NCBI GenBank assembly: GCA_031400955.1
Contig: JANNQW010000167.1
Coordinates: 1 to 51,915 of the forward strand
DNA: 51,915 bases
Source of the DNA: Verrucomicrobiota bacterium
Lineage (GTDB): Bacteria > Verrucomicrobiota > Verrucomicrobiia > Verrucomicrobiales > Verrucomicrobiaceae
Reading direction: 5' to 3'
A program made the position numbers and the translations under genes. Below are positions 18,158 to 28,255 of the stretch, piece after piece. The number at the start of each line of letters is the position of its first letter. The stretch's first letter is position 1. The notes under the pieces are model-generated. The model did no database searches. It worked only from the letters and a program-made list of their open reading frames with translations, and was not told the DNA's origin.

Positions 18158-19462
18158 GTGTCCGCATCTCTTTCCCCAAGCAAGATCGTTTGCAGCAGCC
18201 GCGCCGTGCTTCATGCTGTGCAGGTGAATCAACCCGCACGACAACTCGCTCTCGATACGCTTATTGAATGGAGCCACGGTGAATCCTTCGCTGCGGACAT
18301 CGTCTCCCGTCTTGCGCGCGAACATGAACTGGATCCGCGAGATGCTGCATTGCTGCAAAACCTGGTCTTCACCGTGCTGCGCCACCGGGTTCTTCTCGAT
18401 CATTGGGCAAACATCTTATGCGACGGAGCCAAGCTGGATCATGATCTCCATTGGATCGTGCGCCTTGGACTGGCTCAACTCCTCATCCTCGGCATGCCCG
18501 ATTATGCCACGGTCAATGAGACCGTGAAACTCGCGCCGCACGCGGGCGCCCTCGTCAACGCCGTGCTCCGTCGCGCCCAGCGCGAACAGGCCGATCTCCT
18601 GAATGCACTGCCTGATCTTCCGCTCCACGTCCGTCACTCACACCCGGAATGGCTCGTCCAGCGCTGGACGGAACAGTTTGGAGAAGAGAACACAGCGGCC
18701 CTCTGCGAATGGAACCAGCAGCCCGCCCCCATTCATATCCGCATTAACGGCCTCCATCCGGAGCAGCCCACTGCCGACAATCTTCGCCGCTTCCACGCGA
18801 TAGATCGCCCAGGTTTCTATCGCGTGGAGCAGCCGCCGCGCGAAGCTCTGGCCAAAGGCAAATGCTATGTGCAAGATCCCAGCACTGCCATCGCCTGTGA
18901 CCTTCTGGCACCACTTCCCGGAGAAACTGTGCTCGACGCCTGCGCCGCCCCCGGTGGAAAAACCGCGCTCATCGCGCAACTCATGAACAACGAAGGCCGC
19001 ATCGTCGCCTGCGATTCCTCACCGCGCCGCATTCCCCGCCTTCAAGAAAATCTCCGTCGCATGCGGGTGGCGATCGCCCGCACCTTCGAACTCGACTGGA
19101 CCAAAACCAAAGGCACCCCCCCATGGGGCGCCCTCCACTTCGACCGCATTCTGCTGGATGTTCCATGCAGCAACACCGGTGTCATGCGCCGGCGCATTGA
19201 CGTTCGCTGGCGCATCAAGCCGGAAATGTTTGCGGAAATGGCACGGGTGCAGTCACAAATTCTGCGCGCCACCCTTCCCTTGCTCAAGCCGGGAGGCACG
19301 CTCGTTTACAGCACCTGCAGCATCGAAGCGGAGGAAAACGAACAGCTTATCGAATCCGTCCTGCGCGATCACCCGGAATTCAAGATCGCAGAAGCAAAAT
19401 CCACCCTGCCGTGGCAAGACGGGTTCGACGGTGCCTTCGCGGCGAAAGTGATCAGGAAATGA
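18158..19462 (+). CDS. rsmB: 16S rRNA (cytosine-C5)-methyltransferase RsmB/Sun-like
   Basis: NusB-like N-terminal domain, SAM motif DACAAPGGKT, and the catalytic-cysteine motifs LDVPCSNTGVMRR and LVYSTCSIEAEENE. The GTG start is uncertain. Confidence 0.85.
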   Translation: MSASLSPSKIVCSSRAVLHAVQVNQPARQLALDTLIEWSHGESFAADIVSRLAREHELDPRDAALLQNLVFTVLRHRVLLDHWANILCDGAKLDHDLHWIVRLGLAQLLILGMPDYATVNETVKLAPHAGALVNAVLRRAQREQADLLNALPDLPLHVRHSHPEWLVQRWTEQFGEENTAALCEWNQQPAPIHIRINGLHPEQPTADNLRRFHAIDRPGFYRVEQPPREALAKGKCYVQDPSTAIACDLLAPLPGETVLDACAAPGGKTALIAQLMNNEGRIVACDSSPRRIPRLQENLRRMRVAIARTFELDWTKTKGTPPWGALHFDRILLDVPCSNTGVMRRRIDVRWRIKPEMFAEMARVQSQILRATLPLLKPGGTLVYSTCSIEAEENEQLIESVLRDHPEFKIAEAKSTLPWQDGFDGAFAAKVIRK

Positions 19463-19543
19463 ACCTCTGAGTAGACGACAAAATTCAGACTCAGGAAAGA
19501 CGGCACTCACGCCGTCCTGCAAGGCCGCAGTCTCGACTCCGCC

Positions 19544-22243
19544 CTACTTCACGGTCCCCGCCTTTACCGTCGTCATCTTCGCGGGATCGAGATGCTTCTT
19601 AATCGCCGCATTCACATCTTCAAGTCTGAGCGCCATCACCATTGAGGGAAAATCATCGAGCCATTTTATGTCGAAGCCGCGCTGGGTGCAGAGCATGATC
19701 TGGCCCGCGAGCCCCTCCGTCGTTTCAAGGCCGACCAGAAACTTTCCGGCCATCGAGCTCTTGTGGTAGGCGAGTTCATCTTCCGTGATGCCGGCTTTCC
19801 ACCAGTCTTCGATTTCGCGACGCGTGCTAGTGATCCCTTTGTCCAGCAAGGATGAAGCGAAGGTTCCGGTCACCTGCCAGATTCCGGTGCGAAAAGCATC
19901 CTGGCCGAGTTTGGCTCCGATCCCGTAGGTCAGACCTTCGCGATCGCGCACATTGCCGATGAGGCGACTGGTGAAACCGACTCCGAGCGTTTGCGTGGCC
20001 ACATGCAGGGCCAGCCAGTCCGGATCGCCCGCTCGAAGTCCACTGGATTGACCGGTGATGACACTTACGCTGGCTTTGTCCGGCATGTTGATGACGACCT
20101 GTTCGCCTATTGATGGTGAGATGCCGGTGATTGCGGAATTCTTCGCCAGCTGAACCTTCCATCCGTTGAATGCCTCGACAGTTGCATTCTGAAATGCCGC
20201 AGCATCAAGATCGCCAACAGCGACCATGCGCATTCCCACAGGACCGTAATTCGCCAAGTAAAAGGCGCGCACGTCGGCAAGTTTCGCGTTTTCAATTTCG
20301 GCGATCAGTTCCTGTGTGGCGCTCATTCGTGCCGGGTGTCCTTTCGGATACACTGCGCGGGAGAAAGCGATGGAGGCCTGCATTTCTGGATCCTCCAGCG
20401 TCTGCTGCACCTCGCCGGCTAGCTCCTTTTTCAGTTTGTCGAACTCCGCTGCGGAAAACGCAGGCTCGCGCAATTCTTCGGCAAGCACCGCGACGACCAG
20501 CGACAGATTAGCGGCGAGACACTTCGATCTGAAGTCAACCGTGTCTGCTCCCACATTGTATTCGAGTGTGGCGCCGACCCTCTCAAGCAATTCTGCCAAG
20601 GCGAACTGATCGTGCTTTTTCGTGCCGCGCTCCAACATGCCGGCGACGAGATGAGCCAGTGCCCGGTTGGATGATTTGCTTTCGCCTGCTGGCACGCTGG
20701 CGAGCAGATGCACAATGCCCTTCACCGGTGTGGGGCAGACGAGGACATCGATGCCCGCAATGTTCTGTCGCACGACACGCTGCTCGAGGTTGGGTGACGC
20801 AGTGGCAAACTCATCCTTGGACGGCTTGGGCGGCAGCACTTTCTTGGGCTCAAAGTGTTCACTCTTCGGTGTTGCAACCTCGGAGCCATGCTCGTCCGAG
20901 GGAACAAAGCAGCCGACGACACTGCGCTTCTCCACCAGGTAATTCTTAGCAACGCGCTGCACGTCCACGACTGTCACGGCTTTTAGTTTTTCCTCGAGCG
21001 TGAAGAAAAGTGTCCAGTCGCCGACCGCGATGCATTCATTGATCTCACTGGCCTGGGCGAAAGATCCGTCGCGGAGATATTCGCGTTGTGCGAGCAGTCC
21101 CACGCGTGCCGTTTTTATTTCGTCAGCGGTCACGCCAGATTTTTTGATCTTCTCAATCTCAGCGACCAGCCCGCGTTCGACTTCCTCGTGTTTCACACCG
21201 GGATTCAGCATGGCGCTGATGATGTGGAGCGATGGGTCATGGTTGAAACCTGCGGAGCCGCTGACGTCAATCGTCAGGTTCTTGTCCGTGAGCGACCGGT
21301 AGCAGCGGCTCATCTTGCCACTGGTCAGGATCGCGCTCAGCATCTGAATTGCGGGCCAGTCGGCGTGGGTGGCCTGCGGAATTTTGTGGGCCAGCGCCAC
21401 GATGCCGAGTTCGCCCGCCCGTTTGACGGTGACACGGCGTTGACCGGTCTGCTCGGGTTCCTCAGTGTAGACTTGGGGAAACGGATGCGGCGACTTGGGG
21501 ATGACACCGTAGTTTTTTTTGATCGCGGCCAGGGTTGTAATGGGTTCGAAGTCGCCGATGACAGTGACCGTGGCGTTGTCCGGCCAGTAGTAGGTGTCAT
21601 AGAAGGCGCGCAGTTTTTCGATGGGCACGCGTTCGATGTCGCTGAGCCAGCCGATGGTTTCATGGTGGTAGGGATGGGCGAGAAATGCTGAGGCCCAGAT
21701 TTCTTTGCTCAGTGCCTCGTGCGGGCTGTTCTCGCCGCGCTCAAATTCATTGCGCACCACCGTCATCTCTGGTCGACGGTCATCTTCACGCAGTGCCAGA
21801 TTGCGCATGCGGTCGGCCTCGATTTCGATCAGCAGCGGCAAGGCGTTAGTGGGGACAGTGGCAAAATAATTTGTGCGGTCTAGCCAGGTGGTGGCATTCG
21901 TTTCCGCGCCGACGCGTTCCAGAATCTGGTCAAAGCCCGTGCCCTGGCTGCGGTCAAATTTTTCCGTGCCCTTGAACATGAGATGCTCCAGCAGATGGGT
22001 CGCCCCCGTGGTGCCGGTGACCTCGTTGCGCGAGCCGACGTGATAGGTCACCATGAAGGTGGCGACCGGCGCGAGCTTTTGCGGGAGCAGGAGCACGCGC
22101 AGGCCGTTGGAGTCGAGCGTGTATTCTGTGACCTCGCCGACGGTGCGGATGAGGGTGAAGCCTTCTGCGGCTGGAAGGTCGCTTCCGGCTTCTAACAGGG
22201 TGGCGGCAAGCAGGGCGAAGATGGGGAAGAAGCAGAATTTCAT
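19544..22243 (-). CDS. Secreted tandem M16 (pitrilysin/insulinase) zinc peptidase, active N-half plus inactive C-half
   Basis: Signal peptide MKFCFFPIFALLAATLLEAGS (start moved to the ATG at 22243). HLLEH (HxxEH) zinc motif at ATHLLEHLMFKGT. The second M16-like unit has HLVAGMLERGT without HxxEH. Confidence 0.85.
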   Translation of the reverse strand: MKFCFFPIFALLAATLLEAGSDLPAAEGFTLIRTVGEVTEYTLDSNGLRVLLLPQKLAPVATFMVTYHVGSRNEVTGTTGATHLLEHLMFKGTEKFDRSQGTGFDQILERVGAETNATTWLDRTNYFATVPTNALPLLIEIEADRMRNLALREDDRRPEMTVVRNEFERGENSPHEALSKEIWASAFLAHPYHHETIGWLSDIERVPIEKLRAFYDTYYWPDNATVTVIGDFEPITTLAAIKKNYGVIPKSPHPFPQVYTEEPEQTGQRRVTVKRAGELGIVALAHKIPQATHADWPAIQMLSAILTSGKMSRCYRSLTDKNLTIDVSGSAGFNHDPSLHIISAMLNPGVKHEEVERGLVAEIEKIKKSGVTADEIKTARVGLLAQREYLRDGSFAQASEINECIAVGDWTLFFTLEEKLKAVTVVDVQRVAKNYLVEKRSVVGCFVPSDEHGSEVATPKSEHFEPKKVLPPKPSKDEFATASPNLEQRVVRQNIAGIDVLVCPTPVKGIVHLLASVPAGESKSSNRALAHLVAGMLERGTKKHDQFALAELLERVGATLEYNVGADTVDFRSKCLAANLSLVVAVLAEELREPAFSAAEFDKLKKELAGEVQQTLEDPEMQASIAFSRAVYPKGHPARMSATQELIAEIENAKLADVRAFYLANYGPVGMRMVAVGDLDAAAFQNATVEAFNGWKVQLAKNSAITGISPSIGEQVVINMPDKASVSVITGQSSGLRAGDPDWLALHVATQTLGVGFTSRLIGNVRDREGLTYGIGAKLGQDAFRTGIWQVTGTFASSLLDKGITSTRREIEDWWKAGITEDELAYHKSSMAGKFLVGLETTEGLAGQIMLCTQRGFDIKWLDDFPSMVMALRLEDVNAAIKKHLDPAKMTTVKAGTVK

Positions 22244-22455
22244 GGAGGCAGAGCAGTAATCGGATACTGACTTGGCGACAAGGGAATGAAACGCACATCT
22301 AGATCTGGAAAGAATGTCGATGACTGAAAGCTGACAGCCCAAAGTGCGCTCACCCAGAAAGTGACAGATCGCGCCCCGCACGCTCAGTTCAGCATCACGC
22401 TGTTTGCTATCGACTGTCCGCTATCAGCTCCGTTTTTGAATATAAACCTGATGGC

Positions 22456-23229
22456 CTAGGATTTCTTGGCGACGGGTGTCGCTTGCTTTTGTTCCGCTTT
22501 CGAATCCTTGGCCGGTGTCGTCGCCGCAGTCCCGCTCTGCGCTGGCGCGGGCTGGGGACTGCTGCTGCTCAAAGGTTGGCCGGGCTTGATCCTGGCGTCA
22601 GCCAGCTTGTCTGCAGAATCTTGGAAAAGGTTCTGTAATTTCACGCGAGTAGCGCCCACAAATGGCTCGCGCGCCGTGAGTGCGGTGCCCAACCCGAAAT
22701 TTTCAAGACGATTGAGCACCTCCGAACCGATCTTATACATCTCGGCATTTTTACGCTGCTGGTCATCCACACGTCGCTGCAGCATGATGGCCTCCGATGT
22801 TTTGCTGGCGCGTTCGGCGCTCAATTTTTTCATCAACGCCACAGCTTCCACTTCGTGTTCTTTCCATTTCTTAAGGGACTCGGCCTGTCGTGAAATTTCT
22901 ACATCACGAGCCACGATGGATGAAGCCTGCTCGGCCGCCTTCTTCTCCGCCTCGGCCTTGTCGGTCGCGCTTTGCTTGATGAGGTCGGCAACTTTTCTTT
23001 CCAAGGCTTTAATCTTGTCGTCCTGCTCTTTGTTTTTCAGTTCGAGCTCGGTTTGTGCCGCCTGCAAGGTGGCCTTGTCCGTCTCCACGGTGCGGAGCTG
23101 GATCATGGTGTTGCGCAAGGATTCGCGCAGCTTCTTGTTGGCCTCGGCGGCGGGATCGGCGCCACTGGCGGCAAAGCTTGCGGCCGCAGCAAACACGAGA
23201 GGGATGATAATTAGGGAGCGATGGATCAT
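22456..23229 (-). CDS. Secreted/periplasmic coiled-coil protein, unknown function
   Basis: Signal peptide MIHRSLIIIPLVFAAAASFAASG, a long K/E/A/Q-rich heptad-like region and a low-complexity P/A/S tail. The start lies 2 nt after the porin stop. Confidence 0.65.
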   Translation of the reverse strand: MIHRSLIIIPLVFAAAASFAASGADPAAEANKKLRESLRNTMIQLRTVETDKATLQAAQTELELKNKEQDDKIKALERKVADLIKQSATDKAEAEKKAAEQASSIVARDVEISRQAESLKKWKEHEVEAVALMKKLSAERASKTSEAIMLQRRVDDQQRKNAEMYKIGSEVLNRLENFGLGTALTAREPFVGATRVKLQNLFQDSADKLADARIKPGQPLSSSSPQPAPAQSGTAATTPAKDSKAEQKQATPVAKKS

Positions 23230-23231
23230 GA

Positions 23232-25187
23232 CTAGAATTTGGCGGTGAGGTCGAGCAGGAGGACGTCGCTTTTTAATGGAGGTCCGGCGATTTGATTAGC
23301 ACCCATCCAGCGCACGCCAAATTTCACACGCGGTGAAAGTGCGAGGGAGCCGCCCACGGTGTAACCTTCGATATTGGTGCCGCCCGCCCCGAAATCCGAG
23401 TCCGTGAAGGCGTCAACTACTGCATCGGACTCCACGTAACGGTAACCGAAGGTCATGCTCCAGTCCCCCGCTCTTTCGAAAACAGGTTTGCCGACAATAA
23501 GGGCGAGGTTCCACGCGGTGCCTCCACCATCATACTCGCCCACTGGGGCCGGGGCGGTGGGGTCGGGAGTTGTTGTTGGATCCGGAGTCGCGACCACCGG
23601 CAGCGGGCCGCGATTGTTAAGCGCCACCTGATTGATGTCGTCCTTGTTCCACGCCAGGTTCTTGGCGTATTCGCCGAGGAATGAAATCTGAACGGGCTCG
23701 AAGTAGTTCAGATTGATGCGCCCGCTATAGGAGAGCACCTCGAAAGGTGAAGCCAGTCCGAAGTATTGAAACTGATTGCTGGTGCCGAAGTTGTTGAGCG
23801 CGTCCGGCACGATGTTGCGGATCGCACGGTAAGTGTTGCCTCGCTGCGCGAACGACTGGCGTGTGCCGTCGGTGTTGCTCTGGTCTTGGGAGTTGAATGG
23901 AATGAAGGGATCGGAAAGCTTGCCCTCAACATCCTGGAAATTGTAGTAAGCCACGGCCCCCGTCGCATCCACGTGGCGCGATAACTTCAAGTCGAGACCA
24001 ATCTGAGCGGCGTAAAGCCACTTATCCGTGCTTTCATACTTGACAGGCTGGTTGGTGGCGAAGTTGAAGTCGGTGTTGAAGATCGGAAAAAGACCAGCGG
24101 TAAAGAAGGGTGTCACGCCCTTGAAGATTCGGTAGCGACCCTTGAGGGCCAGACCGTCAAAGCCCACGTCTTCATCCCAGATCAATTCGCTGGTGGAAAA
24201 GAACGGATTGTCGAAGCGGCCGAATGCCATTGAGAGCTGGCCGCGCGAATCGTGCGGAACCTTGACGGTGCGCAGTGTTTTTCCATCGGCATCCAGTTCA
24301 GTTTTCTCGGTGTATCGCACACCGCCGCCGATTTCATACTTGATGAATCCGCGATCGAGCCACAGGGAATATTTGCTGAAGTTGCCGCCCTGGGCATTGT
24401 TGGCCTGGCCAAGTGTTTGATTCATGGACACGGGGCTATTACTGTCGCCGGTGCCGATGCGAATGCCGGCGAACCAGCCGTTCTCCAGGTTGGCATCCGC
24501 GCCCAAGCGAGCGCGCAGGCGGAGACGCTGACGCTGCTGGTCAACATTGTATTGCGGCGAAAAATTCGTGCCGCTGACATCGAAAGGTGAACCGGTGTTG
24601 ATCGAGTTGAAGTTGGGGAAAGCGCCGGTGTTGTCATTTCCCACTGGGAAGAAGCTGGACTCATAGCGGAGCCGGACGTCGCCGAAGAGTTTGATTCGCT
24701 TGGTCCAGTCCGGCACTTCCTTCGGTGCGGCCCAGCCTTCGCGCTTCGCTTGCGACATCACATCGGCTTTCAATTCATTACGGATCTGTTCCTTCACGAC
24801 TTCAGGGACATAAGTCACTCGCACCGCGCCATCGGCATCCGGACTGGGAACGCCTGCGGCCTGAGCTTGGGCCAGCGCGGCCTCGTCCTCGGCCTGCTGA
24901 ATCATTTCACCAGCCTCAACTTCGGTCAGAACTTTTTTCTTCACGAGAATGCGGATCAAGTTGATCGTGGCATTCGGCGATGGCGCGGCGGGAGCCGTCT
25001 GGGCCACGGGATTGGATGGTGCGGTGTCGAACAGCAGCGGCGAAGGCCCGTCGTTCCCGGCTTGCGCGATCAGCGGCGGGTCGCCTGAACCCGGGAGATT
25101 GAGCAAGGGCTTTTCAGCACCGGGCAGGAGCGGCGCACCGCCAAGGCAGGCGAGCAGGAGGGTAAGAGATATTTTCCGGTTCAGCAT
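23232..25187 (-). CDS. Outer-membrane beta-barrel protein (putative porin family)
   Basis: Signal peptide, an N-terminal helical segment (INLIRILVKKKVLTEVEAGEMIQQAEDEAA), alternating aromatic/glycine beta-strand pattern and a C-terminal …LLLDLTAKF ending in Phe. Confidence 0.65.
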   Translation of the reverse strand: MLNRKISLTLLLACLGGAPLLPGAEKPLLNLPGSGDPPLIAQAGNDGPSPLLFDTAPSNPVAQTAPAAPSPNATINLIRILVKKKVLTEVEAGEMIQQAEDEAALAQAQAAGVPSPDADGAVRVTYVPEVVKEQIRNELKADVMSQAKREGWAAPKEVPDWTKRIKLFGDVRLRYESSFFPVGNDNTGAFPNFNSINTGSPFDVSGTNFSPQYNVDQQRQRLRLRARLGADANLENGWFAGIRIGTGDSNSPVSMNQTLGQANNAQGGNFSKYSLWLDRGFIKYEIGGGVRYTEKTELDADGKTLRTVKVPHDSRGQLSMAFGRFDNPFFSTSELIWDEDVGFDGLALKGRYRIFKGVTPFFTAGLFPIFNTDFNFATNQPVKYESTDKWLYAAQIGLDLKLSRHVDATGAVAYYNFQDVEGKLSDPFIPFNSQDQSNTDGTRQSFAQRGNTYRAIRNIVPDALNNFGTSNQFQYFGLASPFEVLSYSGRINLNYFEPVQISFLGEYAKNLAWNKDDINQVALNNRGPLPVVATPDPTTTPDPTAPAPVGEYDGGGTAWNLALIVGKPVFERAGDWSMTFGYRYVESDAVVDAFTDSDFGAGGTNIEGYTVGGSLALSPRVKFGVRWMGANQIAGPPLKSDVLLLDLTAKF

Positions 25188-25206
25188 GATAAGAAAAACT
25201 ATTTAT

Positions 25207-25932
25207 TCACGACTTGCGCGCCGTGATGCGCAGATTGATCGGCATCGGCATGTCGGATGGCGGGGCCTCTTGAAGTTGCAAGCCTGTGAGCACTTCATTG
25301 GCGATGGCGCTGTCCAGTGAGTTGTCTCCGCTGGATCCAACCAGGCTGGCACGGGTAATGCGCCCGCTGCTGTCGGCCCAGATGCGAACTTGCAGGGAGA
25401 GGCTTGCATTGCGGGTGCGCCCGTTGCGTCGCAGGGCGTCGGCGACGCGCGACTGCACTTGTCCGGCATACCAGCCAAACTTGCTGCCGCCGCGACCGCC
25501 ACCACCCGTGCCGGTGCCGGTGCCGCCAGTGCCGCCTTTATAGGCGCCGAGACCGAATCCGTCGGGTGGACCACTGCCAACGTTGTTGGTGCCGATGGGC
25601 GGAGGATCATCCGAAGGCTTGGGTTCCGGTGCTTTGACTTCATCCGGCTTCACTTCCTCCTGCGCAATCATCTCCTGTTTCTTCTCCTCCGGTGGCGGCT
25701 CCACTTTCGGTTGTGGTGGCGGCGGTGGTGGTGGAGGAGGTATTGGTGGCAGGGTGATTGTCATCATGCGCTCGACCGGCCGCGTCGGAGCGGAGGGTCC
25801 ACCTTTGAACTGCGAAGCGGCATAGCCAATGCCGCCCACTGCCACAATAACAATTAATGGCAACAGCCAGCGATGTTTTTGGAAGAGGCTGTCCTCATCA
25901 AAATCCTCATCAGAGTGGCGGTGCTTGCTCAT
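25207..25932 (-). CDS. tonB: TonB-family energy transducer
   Basis: N-terminal TM anchor (WLLPLIVIVAVGGIGYAA), proline-rich spacer (PPIPPPPPPPPPQPKVEPPPEEKK) and a C-terminal TonB_C-like domain (…RIWADSSGRITRASLVGSSGDNSLDSAIANEV…). Confidence 0.8.
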   Translation of the reverse strand: MSKHRHSDEDFDEDSLFQKHRWLLPLIVIVAVGGIGYAASQFKGGPSAPTRPVERMMTITLPPIPPPPPPPPPQPKVEPPPEEKKQEMIAQEEVKPDEVKAPEPKPSDDPPPIGTNNVGSGPPDGFGLGAYKGGTGGTGTGTGGGGRGGSKFGWYAGQVQSRVADALRRNGRTRNASLSLQVRIWADSSGRITRASLVGSSGDNSLDSAIANEVLTGLQLQEAPPSDMPMPINLRITARKS

Positions 25933-25960
25933 GGCTTCGTGGGTTAAGTTTTATGAAAAT

Positions 25961-26368
25961 TTATTTGCCGGCCGGCTTGGTGGCCAGACCGACTTGCGTG
26001 ATGCCGACGCGACCGAGCACATCGAGCACATCCATGATGGCCTGGTATTGCGTCTGGCTGTCGCCGCGCACGACCGCCGGAAAGTCAGGGGTCGAGGCTT
26101 TCACCGCGGCGAGCTTCTGTTCCAGATCGGCCAGCGATGAAACTTGCGTGGCGTTGAGCTTGATCGTGCCTTGATTGTCCACGGTGATCGCCTGGATCTT
26201 CGGCTTGTTCATGTCTTTGGACGCAGCGGCGCTGGCCTTGGGCAGGTTCACCTTCACGCCCTGGACGCCGGCCGTGGTCATGATGATGAAAATCAACAAC
26301 AGCACCAGGTAGAGATCTACCATCGGTGTGACGTTGATGTCGTCGTATGATTTATTATCGGCCTGCAT
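25961..26368 (-). CDS. exbD: ExbD/TolR-family biopolymer transport protein
   Basis: 135 aa. INVTPMVDLYLVLLLIFIIMTT followed by a periplasmic domain. The start lies 2 nt after the exbB-like stop. Confidence 0.9.
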   Translation of the reverse strand: MQADNKSYDDINVTPMVDLYLVLLLIFIIMTTAGVQGVKVNLPKASAAASKDMNKPKIQAITVDNQGTIKLNATQVSSLADLEQKLAAVKASTPDFPAVVRGDSQTQYQAIMDVLDVLGRVGITQVGLATKPAGK

Positions 26369-26370
26369 GG

Positions 26371-28242
26371 TCAGTTCGTTTCCTTGTGGTGTTCGGCCAT
26401 CTTGGCGATGAATTCGTCAATGAAGGATTCAATATTGTTGACCACGTCCTTGATCCTCGTGCTCAGGTAGCTATAGGCAAACAAGGCCGGGATCGCGACA
26501 GCCAGACCAGCGACGGTCGCCAGAAGCGCACCCGCGATGCCGGGTGCGATGGAGTTCACTTCCACTTGGCCGGATTTCGCAATGACCGCGAAGGTGATCA
26601 TGACCCCGATGACGGTGCCGAGCAGTCCGAGATAAGGTCCGCCCGCGATGCCGATGGTCAGGAACACCAGTTTGCTGTTGAGCTTCTGCACTTCGCGCAC
26701 CATCCCGCCGTGCAGAGAGGCCTTGATCGCCTGGATTGAACGGCCCGACAGACCCTTGGTATATTTCTCAGTCGTGGAGAGAGATATCTGCCGCACGTTC
26801 TGCAACCGCTTCTGCACTTCCTCAGAACCGAGATGGTAAATGTGATACAAAGGCGAGTGCCGCATCAGTTTCTGCGCCTTGCCACTCGCGGTGCCACCCA
26901 GCGTTTTGATGCTGTCCCCGTCCTCCTGATCCAATACCGTGAGATCGGACGAAACGCTTTCCCAGCGTTCGAGGAAGGCCTCGTTGCTTTTGCCGATCTT
27001 GTTGAGATAAAGAAATTTCGCGATCGCGACCGCCCAGCCGACAACGGCCAGGATAGTGCACAGCGCAATGACCACCCAACCGTCAAACGTGAGATCCTTC
27101 GAGATGTCGGTGATCAATGTGAGGTGCTTGATGATCTCCCCGCCGCCCGAGTGCGCGGATGCTTCGTCATTGCCCAGCACGACGAGCTTTGCCGCATTAG
27201 AGCCCGTGCCCTGGCTCACGGCGGCGAATTTCAAGAATCCCTCGGAACGCGCGATCCGGGCCACCTGCAGTTCGTCAAACTCACCAACAAATCCGGCGGT
27301 GCCGGGCGTCGAATCCTTGCCGATGAGCGAAGGACCCTTGAGCGCGGGCAACGCTGCGTCGAGCGTGCCATACGAAGCGCCATCGAGGAACACCGTCATC
27401 TTGCCTTCTTTAGCCACCACCGCCACGTGATGCCAGACGCCAACGCTCACGGCTGCGCCGCTCGTGGAACGCTTTCCGTTCAGCTCCACAAACGGAACAC
27501 CATTGTCCAGTCCGATGACCAGCGCATTCGTTTCATCGCGTCGGCTGAACACCACTGCATTCGGTGCCAGCGCCGCAGGTTTTAACCACGCCGACCAGGT
27601 CAGCGCCGAGCCCACTGGCCACTCAGTCGCCGGTCCTTCGGGAATCGTTACCGCAGCTTGTCCCAACAGTCGCTGGCCGCCCGCCGCCAGCGAACCAGCC
27701 ACGGGGGGCATCGCGTTCTGCAAAGCCAGGCCGCTGGCCGAGGAATCCGCAGCCACGGTGGCCATATCCGCAAAGTGATACACCAGCGCCGTCTCGGCAT
27801 CATAAGTCCCTTTCACGTCCTCGGCCTTTTTGGCTACGCCTTGATTGCCATAGTAAAGCCAGATGACGCTGGTCCCGGATGGCTTGATCTCCGGCACCCG
27901 CACCCAGACGTAACCTTCATTGAGCAGCGTATCCCATTTCTCAATGTGATGTTTCAGCGCGGTTTTGCCGTCATCAGCGACGAATCGCAGATCACTCCCG
28001 TCCTCCTTGCTCGAGGCAAAATCAAAGTCGCCGTCGTGCAAACGAACCAGCAGCGCGGCACCGCCAATGGCATCGCTGATGGCCACGCCTTTGTCAGAGG
28101 TATCGATGGTGATCTTCTTGCGCAGCGCCCACTCATTATTCCACCAGGGAGCCTCAGCCGCATGAACGGGCTGACCGGCAAAGTTCGCCAGGAAGAGTAT
28201 GCCAAGGAGTCCGGTCTTGAATCGTGTCATGTATTTTGTCAT
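26371..28242 (-). CDS. exbB: MotA/TolQ/ExbB proton-channel protein with a large N-terminal periplasmic DUF2341 + LamG-like extension
   Basis: Signal peptide. WWNNEWALRKKITIDTS…DGSDLRFVADDGK…GYVWVRVPEI…IWLYYGN (DUF2341-like). WSAWLKP…VGVWHHVAVVAKEGKMTVFLDG (concanavalin/LamG-like). C-terminal three-TM MotA_ExbB core (LTIGIAGGPYLGLLGTVIGVM…IAPGIAGALLATVAGLAVAIP). The start is ATG 28242 or 28230. Confidence 0.85.
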   Translation of the reverse strand: MTKYMTRFKTGLLGILFLANFAGQPVHAAEAPWWNNEWALRKKITIDTSDKGVAISDAIGGAALLVRLHDGDFDFASSKEDGSDLRFVADDGKTALKHHIEKWDTLLNEGYVWVRVPEIKPSGTSVIWLYYGNQGVAKKAEDVKGTYDAETALVYHFADMATVAADSSASGLALQNAMPPVAGSLAAGGQRLLGQAAVTIPEGPATEWPVGSALTWSAWLKPAALAPNAVVFSRRDETNALVIGLDNGVPFVELNGKRSTSGAAVSVGVWHHVAVVAKEGKMTVFLDGASYGTLDAALPALKGPSLIGKDSTPGTAGFVGEFDELQVARIARSEGFLKFAAVSQGTGSNAAKLVVLGNDEASAHSGGGEIIKHLTLITDISKDLTFDGWVVIALCTILAVVGWAVAIAKFLYLNKIGKSNEAFLERWESVSSDLTVLDQEDGDSIKTLGGTASGKAQKLMRHSPLYHIYHLGSEEVQKRLQNVRQISLSTTEKYTKGLSGRSIQAIKASLHGGMVREVQKLNSKLVFLTIGIAGGPYLGLLGTVIGVMITFAVIAKSGQVEVNSIAPGIAGALLATVAGLAVAIPALFAYSYLSTRIKDVVNNIESFIDEFIAKMAEHHKETN

Positions 28243-28255
28243 TGGAAAGCTTGGC

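Noticed and set aside
22466-23248. 260-aa plus-strand ORF antisense to the coiled-coil gene, and 14071-14889 antisense to ugd
   Set aside because: These are shadow ORFs opposite well-supported genes, with Ser/Ala/Cys-rich or Asp/Gly/Ala-rich low-complexity translations.
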